A stretch of DNA of 64,000 nucleotides, from the NCBI GenBank assembly GCA_963703315.1, contig OY969811.1, positions 1,984,001 through 2,048,000 of the forward strand. The letters are read 5' to 3'. The stretch's first letter is position 1, and each line of letters begins with the position of its first letter. The DNA comes from an uncultured cyanobacterium (lineage in GTDB: Bacteria; Cyanobacteriota; Cyanobacteriia; Pseudanabaenales; Pseudanabaenaceae). Both the position numbers and the translations under genes were made by a program. A model generated the notes under the pieces. That model was not told the origin of the DNA and searched no databases. It saw only the letters and a program-made list of their open reading frames with translations. This document shows positions 54,294 to 64,000 of this stretch, piece after piece.

Positions 54294-56291
54294 TTAAGCA
54301 ACCATTCGCATAGAATCCATGCCAATCTCTGCCATCGTTATATTGCGCTTAATCTCTAGATGATTGAGATAATCAATGGGATCTTCGGCATTAAAGGGAA
54401 TGTCGTCAAAAAGTTGAATCGCATTGCGGCTGTAAGTGATATCGGTCAAACCAAGCTCCCGCGCTGCGGTACTGAAGACTCCAACCCGACAGCTTTTTTC
54501 GAGAACTTCTACCCAGTTGCGAGGGAAGGGAACATCGCCCCAACGAGCCATCTGGGTAATGTGCCAGAGATGCTCGGAACGGCTAGGGCGGTTGACACCA
54601 GCACCATAGAACTGGTGGTGAGCAGGTTCGCGCATCGGGGAATCGATCGCACAGGTGACATCATCAGGATTACCTAAATGGATGTAATTAACATTCGTGC
54701 TGACATAGGCGCGGCGCGACAAGATCTGGCGAATCTCCTCTGAATTATTGGGATCGGCGCAATACATACAGGCTTCTAGTAAAGCTTTGACGAGAGCGAT
54801 GTGGGTATTGGGATAGGCATTAGCCCAATCTTCGCGCACACCGAGAACTTTGCCAGGGTGTCCTTGCCAAATTTCCAAATCAGTTGCCACAGTGAAGCCA
54901 ATATTTTCCATCGCGGCGCGGAAGTTCCAAGGCTCGCCAACACAGAATCCATCGATGCTACCTGCTTTGAGGTCAACTACCATTTGGGCAGGGGGAATGG
55001 TTTTTAGCTCGACATCGCGATCAGGGTCGATGCCTCCTGCGGCTAACCAGTAGCGCAGTAGCAGATTATGCATTGAAGATGGATGAACTACACCCATACG
55101 GTGAGAGCGATCGCGTGTATCTTGGAGTAAATTTTTGAAATCGCTAAGGGTATGAATACCGCGATCGTAAAAGCGGCGATCGAGACTAATCGCGTTACCA
55201 TTACGGGTCATGGTTAGCGCCGTTACAATGGGTTTGCAAGCACCAGCACCGCCGAGGGTCATCCACATCGGTAAACCTGAAGGCATTTGCGCTGCGTCGA
55301 GATAGCCACCTGCAATACCATCGACAATGCCGCGCCAACTGGTTTCGCGCACTAGCGAGACTTCATCAAGTCCATGCTTTTGAAAGAAGCCTTTCTCTTT
55401 TGCGACAGCGATCGGCGCACAGGCAGTTAAGGGAACGAAGCCGATCTCTAGATTGACCTTTTCTAGACCATGACGAGCCACTGTGGTTACGGTACGCGCA
55501 TTTAGCTTTTTAACACGCTTCTGTTGGTTTAAGAAATAGATGATTTCGCTGCGTAAGCTGTAGTAGCTGGGATGCTTAACCGCTTCTAGTCTTTGACGAG
55601 GACGAGGAATATCTACTTCCAAAATGCCGCCAATTTTCGAGGCGGGACCATTGGTGAGCATGACAATGCGATCGCTTAGCAAGACAGCTTCATCAACATC
55701 ATGTGTGACCATTACTGCCGTAATTTGGTCTTCGTTACAAATCTGCATTAATTTCTCTTGCAGATTACCGCGAGTCAGCGCATCCAAGGCTCCAAAGGGT
55801 TCATCAAGTAATAGAAGTTTTGGACGCACTGCCAAGGCACGGGCGATCGCAACCCTCTGGCGCATACCGCCTGATAGCTGTGTGGGTGGCTTATCGATCG
55901 CATGGGCAAGCCCCACCATTTTTACATAGCGCTCCACTAAATCATGACGCTCACCCTTGGGTAAATGGGAAAGCACTTCGTCAACTGCCAGAGCTACATT
56001 GTCGCGTACCGATAGCCAAGGCAAAAGCGAATAGTTCTGAAATACCACCATGCGATCGGGACCGGGGCGAGTTACGCGCTCATCTTCGAGCATCACTACG
56101 CCGCCACTGGGTAAGTCCAAACCTGCGATCATGTTCAGTAAGGTTGACTTACCACAACCAGAGTGACCGATTAGAGAGATAAATTCACCTTTTTTTATTT
56201 GGAGGTCAATTCCTTTAAGGGCAATATATTCTTTGCCTCCGCCCAAAGGAAATGTTCTCTCTACCTGATCGACTAAAACAAAATCCTGCAT
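54294..56291 (-). CDS. cmpC: Bicarbonate ABC transporter ATPase with a C-terminal NrtA/CmpA-like regulatory domain
   Basis: ABC motifs plus a GFVPLTACAP...FCVGEPWN domain; 665 aa. Confidence 0.88.
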   Translation of the reverse strand: MQDFVLVDQVERTFPLGGGKEYIALKGIDLQIKKGEFISLIGHSGCGKSTLLNMIAGLDLPSGGVVMLEDERVTRPGPDRMVVFQNYSLLPWLSVRDNVALAVDEVLSHLPKGERHDLVERYVKMVGLAHAIDKPPTQLSGGMRQRVAIARALAVRPKLLLLDEPFGALDALTRGNLQEKLMQICNEDQITAVMVTHDVDEAVLLSDRIVMLTNGPASKIGGILEVDIPRPRQRLEAVKHPSYYSLRSEIIYFLNQQKRVKKLNARTVTTVARHGLEKVNLEIGFVPLTACAPIAVAKEKGFFQKHGLDEVSLVRETSWRGIVDGIAGGYLDAAQMPSGLPMWMTLGGAGACKPIVTALTMTRNGNAISLDRRFYDRGIHTLSDFKNLLQDTRDRSHRMGVVHPSSMHNLLLRYWLAAGGIDPDRDVELKTIPPAQMVVDLKAGSIDGFCVGEPWNFRAAMENIGFTVATDLEIWQGHPGKVLGVREDWANAYPNTHIALVKALLEACMYCADPNNSEEIRQILSRRAYVSTNVNYIHLGNPDDVTCAIDSPMREPAHHQFYGAGVNRPSRSEHLWHITQMARWGDVPFPRNWVEVLEKSCRVGVFSTAARELGLTDITYSRNAIQLFDDIPFNAEDPIDYLNHLEIKRNITMAEIGMDSMRMVA

Positions 56292-56326
56292 TTTAAAATT
56301 CTCCTTCGTTTTATAAAACTGTTTTT

Positions 56327-56408
56327 AACCCCTCCCTAACCCTCCCCTTGAAAGGGGAGGGAATTCAAATTCTTGTCTCCCCCCTTTCAAGGGGGGACTA
56401 AGGGGGGT
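56327..56408. repeat. C-rich/G-rich dispersed repeat between cmpB and cmpC
   Basis: AACCCCTCCCTAACCCTCCCCTTGAAAGGGGAGGG...CCCCCTTTCAAGGGGGACTAAGGGGGGT. Confidence 0.8.
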
Positions 56409-56409
56409 A

Positions 56410-57246
56410 TTACTTCTGTTCTTCAGGCAAAATCAAATTTTGAAGCCAGCCGATCCCACGGTCAAGAATCAAGCCGACAGCACCGATATAAACTAGAGCG
56501 AGAATAACTTCACCGACCTTATCGTTAGTGTAAGAATTCCAGATAAAGAAGCCGATACCGACGATACCTGACATGATGATTTCGGCGGCGATAATGGCAA
56601 GCCATGCTAGACCAATGGAAATGCGTAAACCTGTGAAAATATAAGGCAATGCGGAAGGAATCAGAATCTTAAAGAAATACTTTTGCTTAGAGAGTTGTAG
56701 CACTCGCGAAACGTTGCGATAGTCTTGAGGGATTTGCTTAACGCCCACAGCGGTGTTTAACAAGATTGGCCAGACTGCGGTGATGAAAATAACAAACAAG
56801 GCGGCTGGTTCATTTTGACGGAGTGCAGCCAGAGCGATCGGAACCCATGCAAGTGGTGGAACGGTTCGCAAAAACTGGAACAATGGATCGAGCGCTTTGT
56901 CAATAACCGCATTAGTGCCAACCAGAATTCCCACGCCAATACCAACGATCGCTGCGAGTGAGTAACCCTTAGCAACCCGCTCAAAGCTAGCAAGGGTTTG
57001 CCAGAATAGCCCTTTATCCGTACCACCGCGATCAAAAAATGGATAGAGCAGTAGATTGCGAGTAGATTTTTCGTAAAGAATATCCCAAGGACTGGGTAGT
57101 TTAAGGATGCCCGTACCAGAGAGAACTTGCCAAACTAGCAAAAATCCTAAAATACCGATGACGGGAAGTACCCAATTCTGAGCATTTTTCTGCCAAAACT
57201 TCGCGATCGCATTTGATGAATTGCGATTACCAATACTTGCTGCCAT
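56410..57246 (-). CDS. cmpB: Bicarbonate ABC transporter permease
   Basis: PFFDRGGTDKGLFWQ, LRTVPPLAWVP and FTGLRISIGLAWLAIIAAE motifs. Confidence 0.88.
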   Translation of the reverse strand: MAASIGNRNSSNAIAKFWQKNAQNWVLPVIGILGFLLVWQVLSGTGILKLPSPWDILYEKSTRNLLLYPFFDRGGTDKGLFWQTLASFERVAKGYSLAAIVGIGVGILVGTNAVIDKALDPLFQFLRTVPPLAWVPIALAALRQNEPAALFVIFITAVWPILLNTAVGVKQIPQDYRNVSRVLQLSKQKYFFKILIPSALPYIFTGLRISIGLAWLAIIAAEIIMSGIVGIGFFIWNSYTNDKVGEVILALVYIGAVGLILDRGIGWLQNLILPEEQK

Positions 57247-57267
57247 AAACTTGTTACTCCTAAATGA

Positions 57268-57377
57268 ATTAGCTGTTAGCTGTTAGCTGTTGATTAGTTA
57301 AAAATTGATTAGAGAATGCGGAGATTATCGGCTTTAAGCTAAAAGCTAATGGCTAAAAGCTAATAGCCAAAAACTAA
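57268..57377. repeat. Two opposed heptamer (STRR-like) tandem arrays between cmpA and cmpB
   Basis: (TTAGCTG)x3 and (AGCTAAA/AGCTAAT/GGCTAAA)x~6, mutually complementary. Confidence 0.75.
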
Positions 57378-58723
57378 ACCTTCTTAATCTTCAAACTATC
57401 TAGATAAGCCTGTGGATTTTCAGGGTCGAACTTTACACCATCAAAGAATTCTTCAATGCCACGAGATGTGCTAGTCGGAATATCTGCTGTAAATCCTGCT
57501 TCCTTGGCTGCTTCGCGCCAGAGATCTTCACGGTTGACCTTTTTAATCCAATCCTTCGCCTTTGCGAGAGAATCTTTTGGTAAGAAGCCCCAGCGTACAC
57601 TCTCGGTAATGAACCAAAGATCATGACTTTGATAGGGATAGGAAACATTTCCCTTAGCATCTTTCCAATAGAGAGGAGCCATGCTCTTGTCATCGATAAT
57701 GCGCCCATCGCCCATGTCATACTTGCCCATCATCGGTTCTTCAAGGATATTAACGGGTACATCGAAGTAATTTTTACTCGATACAATCTGCACCAATTCC
57801 TTACGGTTATCGAAATTGTCACACCATTGCTGAGCTTCCATAATGGCTTTCAGCATTGACTTGGTTGCTTTAGGATACTTATCCACCCAATCCGATCGCA
57901 TTGCTAGATATTCCTCAGGATGTCCTTTCCACATTTCTGCTGTCAGCGCAGAAAGAAACCCAATTTTCTCTTTGACAATACGGAACGGCCAAGGATCGCC
58001 AGTGCTGAAGGCATCCATTGTTTCCGTTTTCATGTTGGCAACGGTTTGAGCGCTAGGAACTGTTAGCAACTCCGTGTCAGTATCTGGGTCAATGCCATTA
58101 GCGGCTAACCAGTAACGAATCCAAAATTCTTGATTAGCTCTAGGAAAGGTATAGGCAGCTTTAAACCTACTTCCTGCGGATTTCATCTTGTCAAAAGTAG
58201 CTTTAGCATTGTCAATTTTTAGACCCATACCAGTGCCTTTGTGCTTAGCAGAAATTGCGATCGCATTGCCATGGGTATTCAATTGCAGCAATACATACAT
58301 GGGGATTTTTTGATTGTCAGTAATGATGCCCTCAGAAATCAGATAAGGCATCGGCATTTGCCACTGACCGCCATCAATGCCACCAGCAGAAGAGCCAATT
58401 TTGACATTATCTCTAGCGGCTCCCCAGTTGGCTTGCTTCGATAGATTGACTTCCGTCAAACCATATTTGGCGAAATATCCTTTCTCTTTGGCAATGACAA
58501 GAGCAGCAGCTTCGATAATTGGTAGGTAACCGAGTTTAATCTTTGTTGTTTCAGGAACTTGATCAGGAGGAAGATTGATTTTAGTAGCATTAGTAGAACT
58601 TATAGTTGGCGTGTCTTCAGGTGGGTTCCCCAGACATCCTTTAAGAAGCACAGAACTAAGAGCCGTTGCCCCTGCTGTAGCAAGAAAACGTCGCCGTGAA
58701 AAGGTGTTATTCCAATCAGACAT
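57374..58723 (-). CDS. cmpA: Bicarbonate-binding lipoprotein of BCT1
   Basis: Tat RRRFL and LKGC lipobox; CmpA-type (not NrtA-type) motifs [27 protein letters not shown] and HPEEY. Confidence 0.9.
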   Translation of the reverse strand: MSDWNNTFSRRRFLATAGATALSSVLLKGCLGNPPEDTPTISSTNATKINLPPDQVPETTKIKLGYLPIIEAAALVIAKEKGYFAKYGLTEVNLSKQANWGAARDNVKIGSSAGGIDGGQWQMPMPYLISEGIITDNQKIPMYVLLQLNTHGNAIAISAKHKGTGMGLKIDNAKATFDKMKSAGSRFKAAYTFPRANQEFWIRYWLAANGIDPDTDTELLTVPSAQTVANMKTETMDAFSTGDPWPFRIVKEKIGFLSALTAEMWKGHPEEYLAMRSDWVDKYPKATKSMLKAIMEAQQWCDNFDNRKELVQIVSSKNYFDVPVNILEEPMMGKYDMGDGRIIDDKSMAPLYWKDAKGNVSYPYQSHDLWFITESVRWGFLPKDSLAKAKDWIKKVNREDLWREAAKEAGFTADIPTSTSRGIEEFFDGVKFDPENPQAYLDSLKIKKV

Positions 58724-58789
58724 AACTTTTTTAAATGGTTAGTAAAAACGATTGATTTATTTCTATTGATATCTTAGAGTGAAGTGTAA

Positions 58790-58837
58790 GTAGAGTAAAG
58801 TCTATTGTTTTTATAATAAAGATAGATAAAAATCTAT
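58790..58837. promoter_or_regulatory. Two LysR-type (NdhR/CcmR- or CmpR-like) boxes upstream of cmpA
   Basis: GTAG-N8-CTAT at 58790..58805 and ATAG-N8-CTAT at 58822..58837. Confidence 0.5.
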
Positions 58838-59022
58838 GTATTTTTTCTGATAGGGTGATCTTTATATGTATCCATCTTGATCTATATATTGGTCATAATA
58901 ATCCACACAAAATCACGTCCTAATGCTTATCAAGACTGACTTCCAGCAATAATCTGAATGATTAATTAGATAAATAAATCTAATTAATCATTCAGCCATA
59001 CCAATTTCATGAATTAAAAACA

Positions 59023-61788
59023 ATGCTGTCTAACATACCTGAGCAACAAATACGAAAAGTCCGTTGGGTCTTAACCTGTGCTTGGTTACTGCTCATTGCT
59101 TCACTCTTTTATGATCCGATTTCTCCTCTAATTACAACTCCCGATCGCCTTTGGAGTCCTTTTCGCATTAAGCCCGAAGATTGCATCCCTGTACAAAATA
59201 CCTGTTTAGATCTGCAACCCTATCCCCTTGGCGCACCGATATTTTGGGGAATCATTGTCCCTAGTTCAATCTTTATCTTGTTAGTATTTGGACATGAGCT
59301 ATGGCGGCGTATTTGTCCTTTATCCTTCCTATCGCAAATTCCTCGCGCCTTGGGATGGCAAAGACAAATAAAAAGAACTGATAGTAAAACGGGGAAAGTC
59401 CGTTATGAAATTCCGAAAGTTAAGAAAGATTCTTGGCTAGGAAAAAATTATTTATATCTTCAGTTTGGACTATTATTTATCGGTTTATGTAGTCGGATCT
59501 TGTTTATTAATGGCAATGCGATCGCTTTAGGGATTTGGCTATTAATAACAATCGCCGCCGCAATCACAGTCGGCTATCTCTATGGTGGCAAGACTTGGTG
59601 TAATTATTTCTGCCCGATGGCTCCTGTACAGAAAATCTATGCGGAACCATCAGCACTATTGGCAACTAAAGCCCACATGAGTGAAGTCCCAATTACCCAA
59701 TCTATGTGTCGGACAATCACCGATGGTAAGGAGCAAAGCGCCTGTGTCGCTTGCCAAAATCCTTGTATTGACATCGACTCTGAGCGATCGTACTGGGATG
59801 GCATAGAGAAACCAGAATCTAAATTCCTTTACTATTGCTATTTGGGATTAGTAGTTGGTTATTTCTTCTATTACTATCTCTATGCAGGAAGTTGGGACTA
59901 TTACTTCTCTGGCGCTTGGGCGATGGAGGGTAACTCTATCCAGAACCTCTTGTCTGCTGGATTCTATTTGTATGGGCAAGTTATTCCAATCCCTAAATTG
60001 ATCGCTGTTCCCCTTACCTTGTCTCTGTTTACTGGATTAGGATATCTATTGGGGCATCTTTCAGAACGGATCTATCGCTCCTATTTACACTTTTATAAAC
60101 AGAAAGCACCAATCACCCTAATTCGGCATCATTTATTTAGCGTTTGCACCTTTATTGCTTTTAACCTATTCTTCATTTTTGGCGGTCGCCCATTTATCCG
60201 TCTATTGCCTAATTTTTTCCAAGAAACTATTGATGTAGTCATTGTCTTACTCAGCACTTTATGGCTCTATCGCACGATCAAACGCGATCCTGAATTGTAT
60301 GCTAAGGAAGGGCTAGCAGGAAGATTTCGCAAACAGTTAATCAAGATGAATTTTCCTCTGGAACAATATTTTACGGGCAAAGATATTGAACAGCTAAATC
60401 CCCATGAAGTTTATGTCCTAGCAAAAGTTTTACCGGGATTTACGAAACAAAAACGTTACGAAGCTTATAAGGGTGTATTGCGTGAAGCCTTGGAGGAAGG
60501 ATATACCAATTCATCTAGTAGCTTAGAGGTGCTGGGACAGTTACGCACCGAATTAGACATTTCCGATACGGAACACCGTACTCTTTTAGATGAGTTAGGC
60601 GTAGAAGATCCGCAACTCCTCGATCCTAGCCGCCAACGTAATTTGGAAAATTTAGTGCGGATTTCTGGATATCGTAAAGCTATGGAAAGATTGATGTATT
60701 TGCAAAATTTAGATGTAACTACAGCGTCTCAGAAAGTGGCTAAGACCTATAGCATTACGCCTGCGGAAGAGCGCGAGATTATGCAAGATTTTGATCGGGA
60801 GGCTTCTCTCAAACAAAAATCCTATTACTATCTTGAGAGTTTAACGCGACTCTTACGTTTGTATCATAGTCTCAATCAATCTTTTTTACTTGACGAAAGA
60901 GCCATAGTATCACTACTTTTAGAGGCAATTCGCCGCAAGAAGCAGATGTTGGTTTTAGCGATTTTAGAGGCGATCGCGACATTAAATAATGAAGAAGCAA
61001 GAGATATTGCGAGAACTTTAGGGAATCTCTCGCCTATAGTTTTACAGGACATTTTAGATGATGGTGAGTCTGAATGGTATCAGAGACTGGATGCCAGCCT
61101 AATTACAATTTTGAAAAGATCTGGTCAAGATGCGGCTTGTTCGGTCTCACTAGAAATTGCTGAAGTTGCTGATGCTTTAACAACACTTTTGCAAGAGCAA
61201 AATCCCCTGATCCAGTCCGCTAGTTTATATCTCTTACAAAAAATTGATTTCCCTCTAGGTCATTCTCTAGCTGTAGATGTAAATAGTAAGCATCCGTTAG
61301 TAGAAGAAATCATCAATTTTATTACTAAGACTAATCACTCAGTCGCTCTCGCAAATTTTCCAATCTTAGAGCGCGTTGTGTACCTTTTTAATAGTGACTT
61401 TTTCCATTCTCTCGACAATGAAATTTTAATAGAGTTAGGTAATCGCGCCTATGTCAAGTCCTATCAAGAGGAAGAGCATATTAGTGAAGCTGGTGATACT
61501 TGTCGGGAACTGTTGCTATTGATTGAAGGGACTGTGGAAATCAGAGTAAAACGCGCTGACCAAACGGAAATTATTTCCCATCTTTTGCCGGGAAAAGTAC
61601 TGGACGAGTTGGAAGTCCTAACCCATACTAATCAGACAGGAACGATCACCGCAAAAGCGTCTCCCACTAGAGTATTAGCGATTCCTGTCGATACCTTTGA
61701 TGATCTGATGGATCGCGATCGCCATCTTGCCATCAAAGTTTTGGAGCTAGAAAGCCTCCGAATTAAAGGACTTTTAGGGACTGCGTAA
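59023..61788 (+). CDS. Membrane 4Fe-4S-binding (NosR/NapH-like) protein with a C-terminal cyclic-nucleotide-binding domain
   Basis: WRRICPL, WCNYFCPM and CVACQNPCIDID motifs; multiple TM segments; C-terminal cNMP-like EAGD...LLLIEGTVEI...PG...ELEVL. Confidence 0.8.
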   Translation: MLSNIPEQQIRKVRWVLTCAWLLLIASLFYDPISPLITTPDRLWSPFRIKPEDCIPVQNTCLDLQPYPLGAPIFWGIIVPSSIFILLVFGHELWRRICPLSFLSQIPRALGWQRQIKRTDSKTGKVRYEIPKVKKDSWLGKNYLYLQFGLLFIGLCSRILFINGNAIALGIWLLITIAAAITVGYLYGGKTWCNYFCPMAPVQKIYAEPSALLATKAHMSEVPITQSMCRTITDGKEQSACVACQNPCIDIDSERSYWDGIEKPESKFLYYCYLGLVVGYFFYYYLYAGSWDYYFSGAWAMEGNSIQNLLSAGFYLYGQVIPIPKLIAVPLTLSLFTGLGYLLGHLSERIYRSYLHFYKQKAPITLIRHHLFSVCTFIAFNLFFIFGGRPFIRLLPNFFQETIDVVIVLLSTLWLYRTIKRDPELYAKEGLAGRFRKQLIKMNFPLEQYFTGKDIEQLNPHEVYVLAKVLPGFTKQKRYEAYKGVLREALEEGYTNSSSSLEVLGQLRTELDISDTEHRTLLDELGVEDPQLLDPSRQRNLENLVRISGYRKAMERLMYLQNLDVTTASQKVAKTYSITPAEEREIMQDFDREASLKQKSYYYLESLTRLLRLYHSLNQSFLLDERAIVSLLLEAIRRKKQMLVLAILEAIATLNNEEARDIARTLGNLSPIVLQDILDDGESEWYQRLDASLITILKRSGQDAACSVSLEIAEVADALTTLLQEQNPLIQSASLYLLQKIDFPLGHSLAVDVNSKHPLVEEIINFITKTNHSVALANFPILERVVYLFNSDFFHSLDNEILIELGNRAYVKSYQEEEHISEAGDTCRELLLLIEGTVEIRVKRADQTEIISHLLPGKVLDELEVLTHTNQTGTITAKASPTRVLAIPVDTFDDLMDRDRHLAIKVLELESLRIKGLLGTA

Positions 61789-61871
61789 GTGAGCAAAGTC
61801 AAATAATAACCCCGCCGCAAGCGGGGTTATTCATCTAATTATCATTGGGACAGATGACTAGTGCCAATAGT

Positions 61872-62309
61872 TTAGGTAAGCCCTGTACTACCAAAACCAC
61901 CAATACCGCGATCGCTGGTTCCTAGCTCTCCTTCAATATATTGAGCTTGAGTTACTGGTTTTAAAACTAATTGAGCGATTTTTTGACCTTTAGCAAAGGT
62001 ATAAGTTTCTGTTCCAAGGTTAATCACAATTATTTGGATTTCGCCGCGATAGCCAGCATCGACAGTCCCTGGGGAATTAAGAACGGCAATACCATGTTTA
62101 AGGGCAAGTCCACTTTTAGGACGCACTTGAATTTCGTAACCAATGGGAATATCGACAGCTAAACCCGTAGGAATTGCCGCACGATTTAGAGGTTGCAGAG
62201 TGACTTCCGCAACAGAATAGACATCGGCTCCCGCATCACCAACATGGGCATAGCTAGGAACCTGTGCATCGGGATGGAGCTTTTGAAATTTGATTTCTAT
62301 GGTTTGCAT
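61872..62309 (-). CDS. dut: dUTP diphosphatase
   Basis: AGADV, RPKSG, NSPGTVDAGYRGE, KIAQL and RGIGGFGSTG motifs. Confidence 0.95.
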   Translation of the reverse strand: MQTIEIKFQKLHPDAQVPSYAHVGDAGADVYSVAEVTLQPLNRAAIPTGLAVDIPIGYEIQVRPKSGLALKHGIAVLNSPGTVDAGYRGEIQIIVINLGTETYTFAKGQKIAQLVLKPVTQAQYIEGELGTSDRGIGGFGSTGLT

Positions 62310-62325
62310 TAATTAAGGAGATAGA

Positions 62326-63999
62326 TTAAAAACTAGTGGGATTTTTTGGACTGGAAGTGGTTTGGGGTGGCTCAGGGACAGGCTCACTGCTAGGAATGGG
62401 CGACGGCGATCGCGTTGGCTCTGTAGTAGAAATAGGTGTGGGTAAAGAAGTTGGTCGAGATGATTCTGTTGGTTTAGCAGTACTTGAAGGATCAGGCGAT
62501 GGACTAGTTGTTGGCTGCTCCGTAGGTGTAGCAGTGGGCTTAACTGTGGGCGTTGGGGTAAATGTTCTAGTGGGAGTTGGCTGTGGTCTTGGCGGAGCGT
62601 CTAGTTGTACTTCTAATTTATAAGTAGTTTCATTCGTACCAGTGGTTTTGATTTTGATGTAATAAACGCCATCCTTTTTTAACTTCCCTTTCCAATATCC
62701 CAATGCATTATTGATCGCTTTGCTATCTAAGCTAATTTCGTCATCGCTTTGAATTGTCATCTGTAAATCTGCACCAGTGAGGGATACAGTGAGCGAGCTA
62801 TCTTTTTCACCATTAAATCGTACATTTACGACTTGACCAGCCGCAATCTTCTCACTCACAACTCCCCGCTCTTGTCCTTCTCTAGTGGACTTGAGATCAA
62901 TACTGGTATTGATATTGGTGACATTGGCATTGCTGGGTGTGGCACTAGGTGAGGCGATCGCTGTTTCTGTAGGATTAACCGCAAGACGGTTGCGACCAAA
63001 AAAGAAAGAAGTGACTGCCCATGAGCCAATACCTGCAACTAAAATGATCAGAATTCCCACAAACCAGTTCACCCCGCCGCCATTATTACCACTAGGCTGA
63101 TTGGGGTTGCTATTTCCATAGTTTGCAGAAGAACGATTATTTGCACCTGCAACGACAGTCCTTTGAGGAATGCTCGCAGCTACATTCGATGGCACGGCTC
63201 GACCGACGACATAAGTTTTTGCCCCTGAGAAAGAAGCTTGAGCAACTTGAAGAGCTTGAATCACTTCATCGGCTGAACGGTAGCGATTGGTGGGTTTATA
63301 GCTCAACATTTGATTGATCACTCTGGCAAAGGCAGGATTGACATTGGTGAACTGTTGCCAATTCCACGCCAGATTGATGCTATCAAATAGTTCTGATGGT
63401 TCTTTCCCTGTCATCAGCACAATGGAAGTTACTGCCAGAGCATAGAGATCGCTATTAGCATAGGCGCTTCCTGACTGCAATTGCTCTGGTGGTGCATAGC
63501 CCGCTTTCCCCGCTACCGTTGAAGCAGGAATTCCCATTTGCGAATTGAGTTTGGCAGTGGTTTCTTGGACGACACCAAAATCGATGAGTACAGGCAAATT
63601 ATCCTGCGATCGCAACATCAAGTTTTCGGGAGAAATATCACGGTGAATAATATTATGACCATGCAAATAGCTCAGCACGGGCAGAAGCTGCTGCATCAGC
63701 GCAAAAATTTCATTCTCGGAAAAGGTTTGACCAACTTTTAGGCGATCGAGTAGTAAATTTCGATAGTTTTTACCTTCCACATAGTCCTGTACTAAGAGCA
63801 GCCTTCCCTCTGACTCAAAGGTGGCACGAAACTCAGGCACTTGGGGATGGCGAATTTGATATAGCACCGAGGCTTCACGCCGAAATAACTCCTTCGCTTT
63901 TTCGGATACTTCTAGGGAATCTTGCGGAGGGATAAATTCCTTAAGTACACAAGTCTCGTTAAATCGCTCTAGGTCTTGCGCTAAGTAAGTGCGCCCCAT
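62326..63999 (-). CDS. Hanks-type Ser/Thr protein kinase with a TM segment and Pro/Thr-rich tail (5'-partial)
   Basis: CVLKE, HRDISPEN, IDFG, GYAPPEQ and SDLYAL motifs; runs off the window end. Confidence 0.92.
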   Translation of the reverse strand: MGRTYLAQDLERFNETCVLKEFIPPQDSLEVSEKAKELFRREASVLYQIRHPQVPEFRATFESEGRLLLVQDYVEGKNYRNLLLDRLKVGQTFSENEIFALMQQLLPVLSYLHGHNIIHRDISPENLMLRSQDNLPVLIDFGVVQETTAKLNSQMGIPASTVAGKAGYAPPEQLQSGSAYANSDLYALAVTSIVLMTGKEPSELFDSINLAWNWQQFTNVNPAFARVINQMLSYKPTNRYRSADEVIQALQVAQASFSGAKTYVVGRAVPSNVAASIPQRTVVAGANNRSSANYGNSNPNQPSGNNGGGVNWFVGILIILVAGIGSWAVTSFFFGRNRLAVNPTETAIASPSATPSNANVTNINTSIDLKSTREGQERGVVSEKIAAGQVVNVRFNGEKDSSLTVSLTGADLQMTIQSDDEISLDSKAINNALGYWKGKLKKDGVYYIKIKTTGTNETTYKLEVQLDAPPRPQPTPTRTFTPTPTVKPTATPTEQPTTSPSPDPSSTAKPTESSRPTSLPTPISTTEPTRSPSPIPSSEPVPEPPQTTSSPKNPTSF

Positions 64000-64000
64000 A

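Noticed and set aside
53328..58723. nrtABCD nitrate transporter
   Set aside because: The binding protein has CmpA-type motifs ([23 protein letters not shown]) rather than NrtA-type (GAHIL, THDLW, VGEPW, HPEK), and there is no adjacent nirA or narB.
62336..62600. Pro/Thr-rich low-complexity repeats
   Set aside because: An ordinary linker or tail of cyanobacterial Ser/Thr kinases.
12639..63741. Antisense and alternative-frame ORFs (e.g. 12639..13067, 20444..20920, 27258..27761, 34146..34673, 55820..56182)
   Set aside because: Shadows of well-supported genes, with no recognisable motifs.
1..64000. tRNA, rRNA, CRISPR arrays, transposase or integrase genes
   Set aside because: None recognised by eye; a tRNAscan/Infernal/ISEScan run would be needed to exclude them formally.

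Overview
Cyanobacterial chromosomal DNA: AT-rich, with a very dense HIP1 octamer (GCGATCGC). The gene content and repeat style suggest Pseudanabaena (inference). About 1-8 kb is a mosaic of small, apparently acquired membrane-protein genes. About 8-43.6 kb is a large general-stress/desiccation-type island: amylo-alpha-1,6-glucosidase, CsbD, Pmp3/YqaE, Dps, Mn-catalase, hemerythrin, BON, PRC-barrel, DUF1269, GlsB/YeaQ, LEA-like proteins, HLIP, rubredoxin, GST, a HAD-ATPase fusion, a GGDEF protein and an HTH-NACHT protein. About 44-64 kb is core-like: tex, a DXCF-cyanobacteriochrome hybrid kinase, an RsbW-like protein, cmpABCD, a 4Fe-4S/cNMP membrane protein, dut and a partial Ser/Thr kinase. 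Two signals are not explained by the gene list. (1) A fixed-spacing ~43-bp promoter-like motif (TCAATCAAYTCATTCA-N5-TCAA-N8-TG-N-NANNNT) lies, always in the sense orientation, upstream of ~14 transcription units of the island. This suggests one regulon, with the island's HTH-NACHT protein as a speculative candidate regulator. (2) There is a dense population of TA-flanked, nested MITE-like shells carrying palindromes whose arms vary but whose loops are nearly always C-GNA-G or C-AAA-G, the ultra-stable DNA mini-hairpin loop. All family assignments come from motif recognition by eye; no searches were run.
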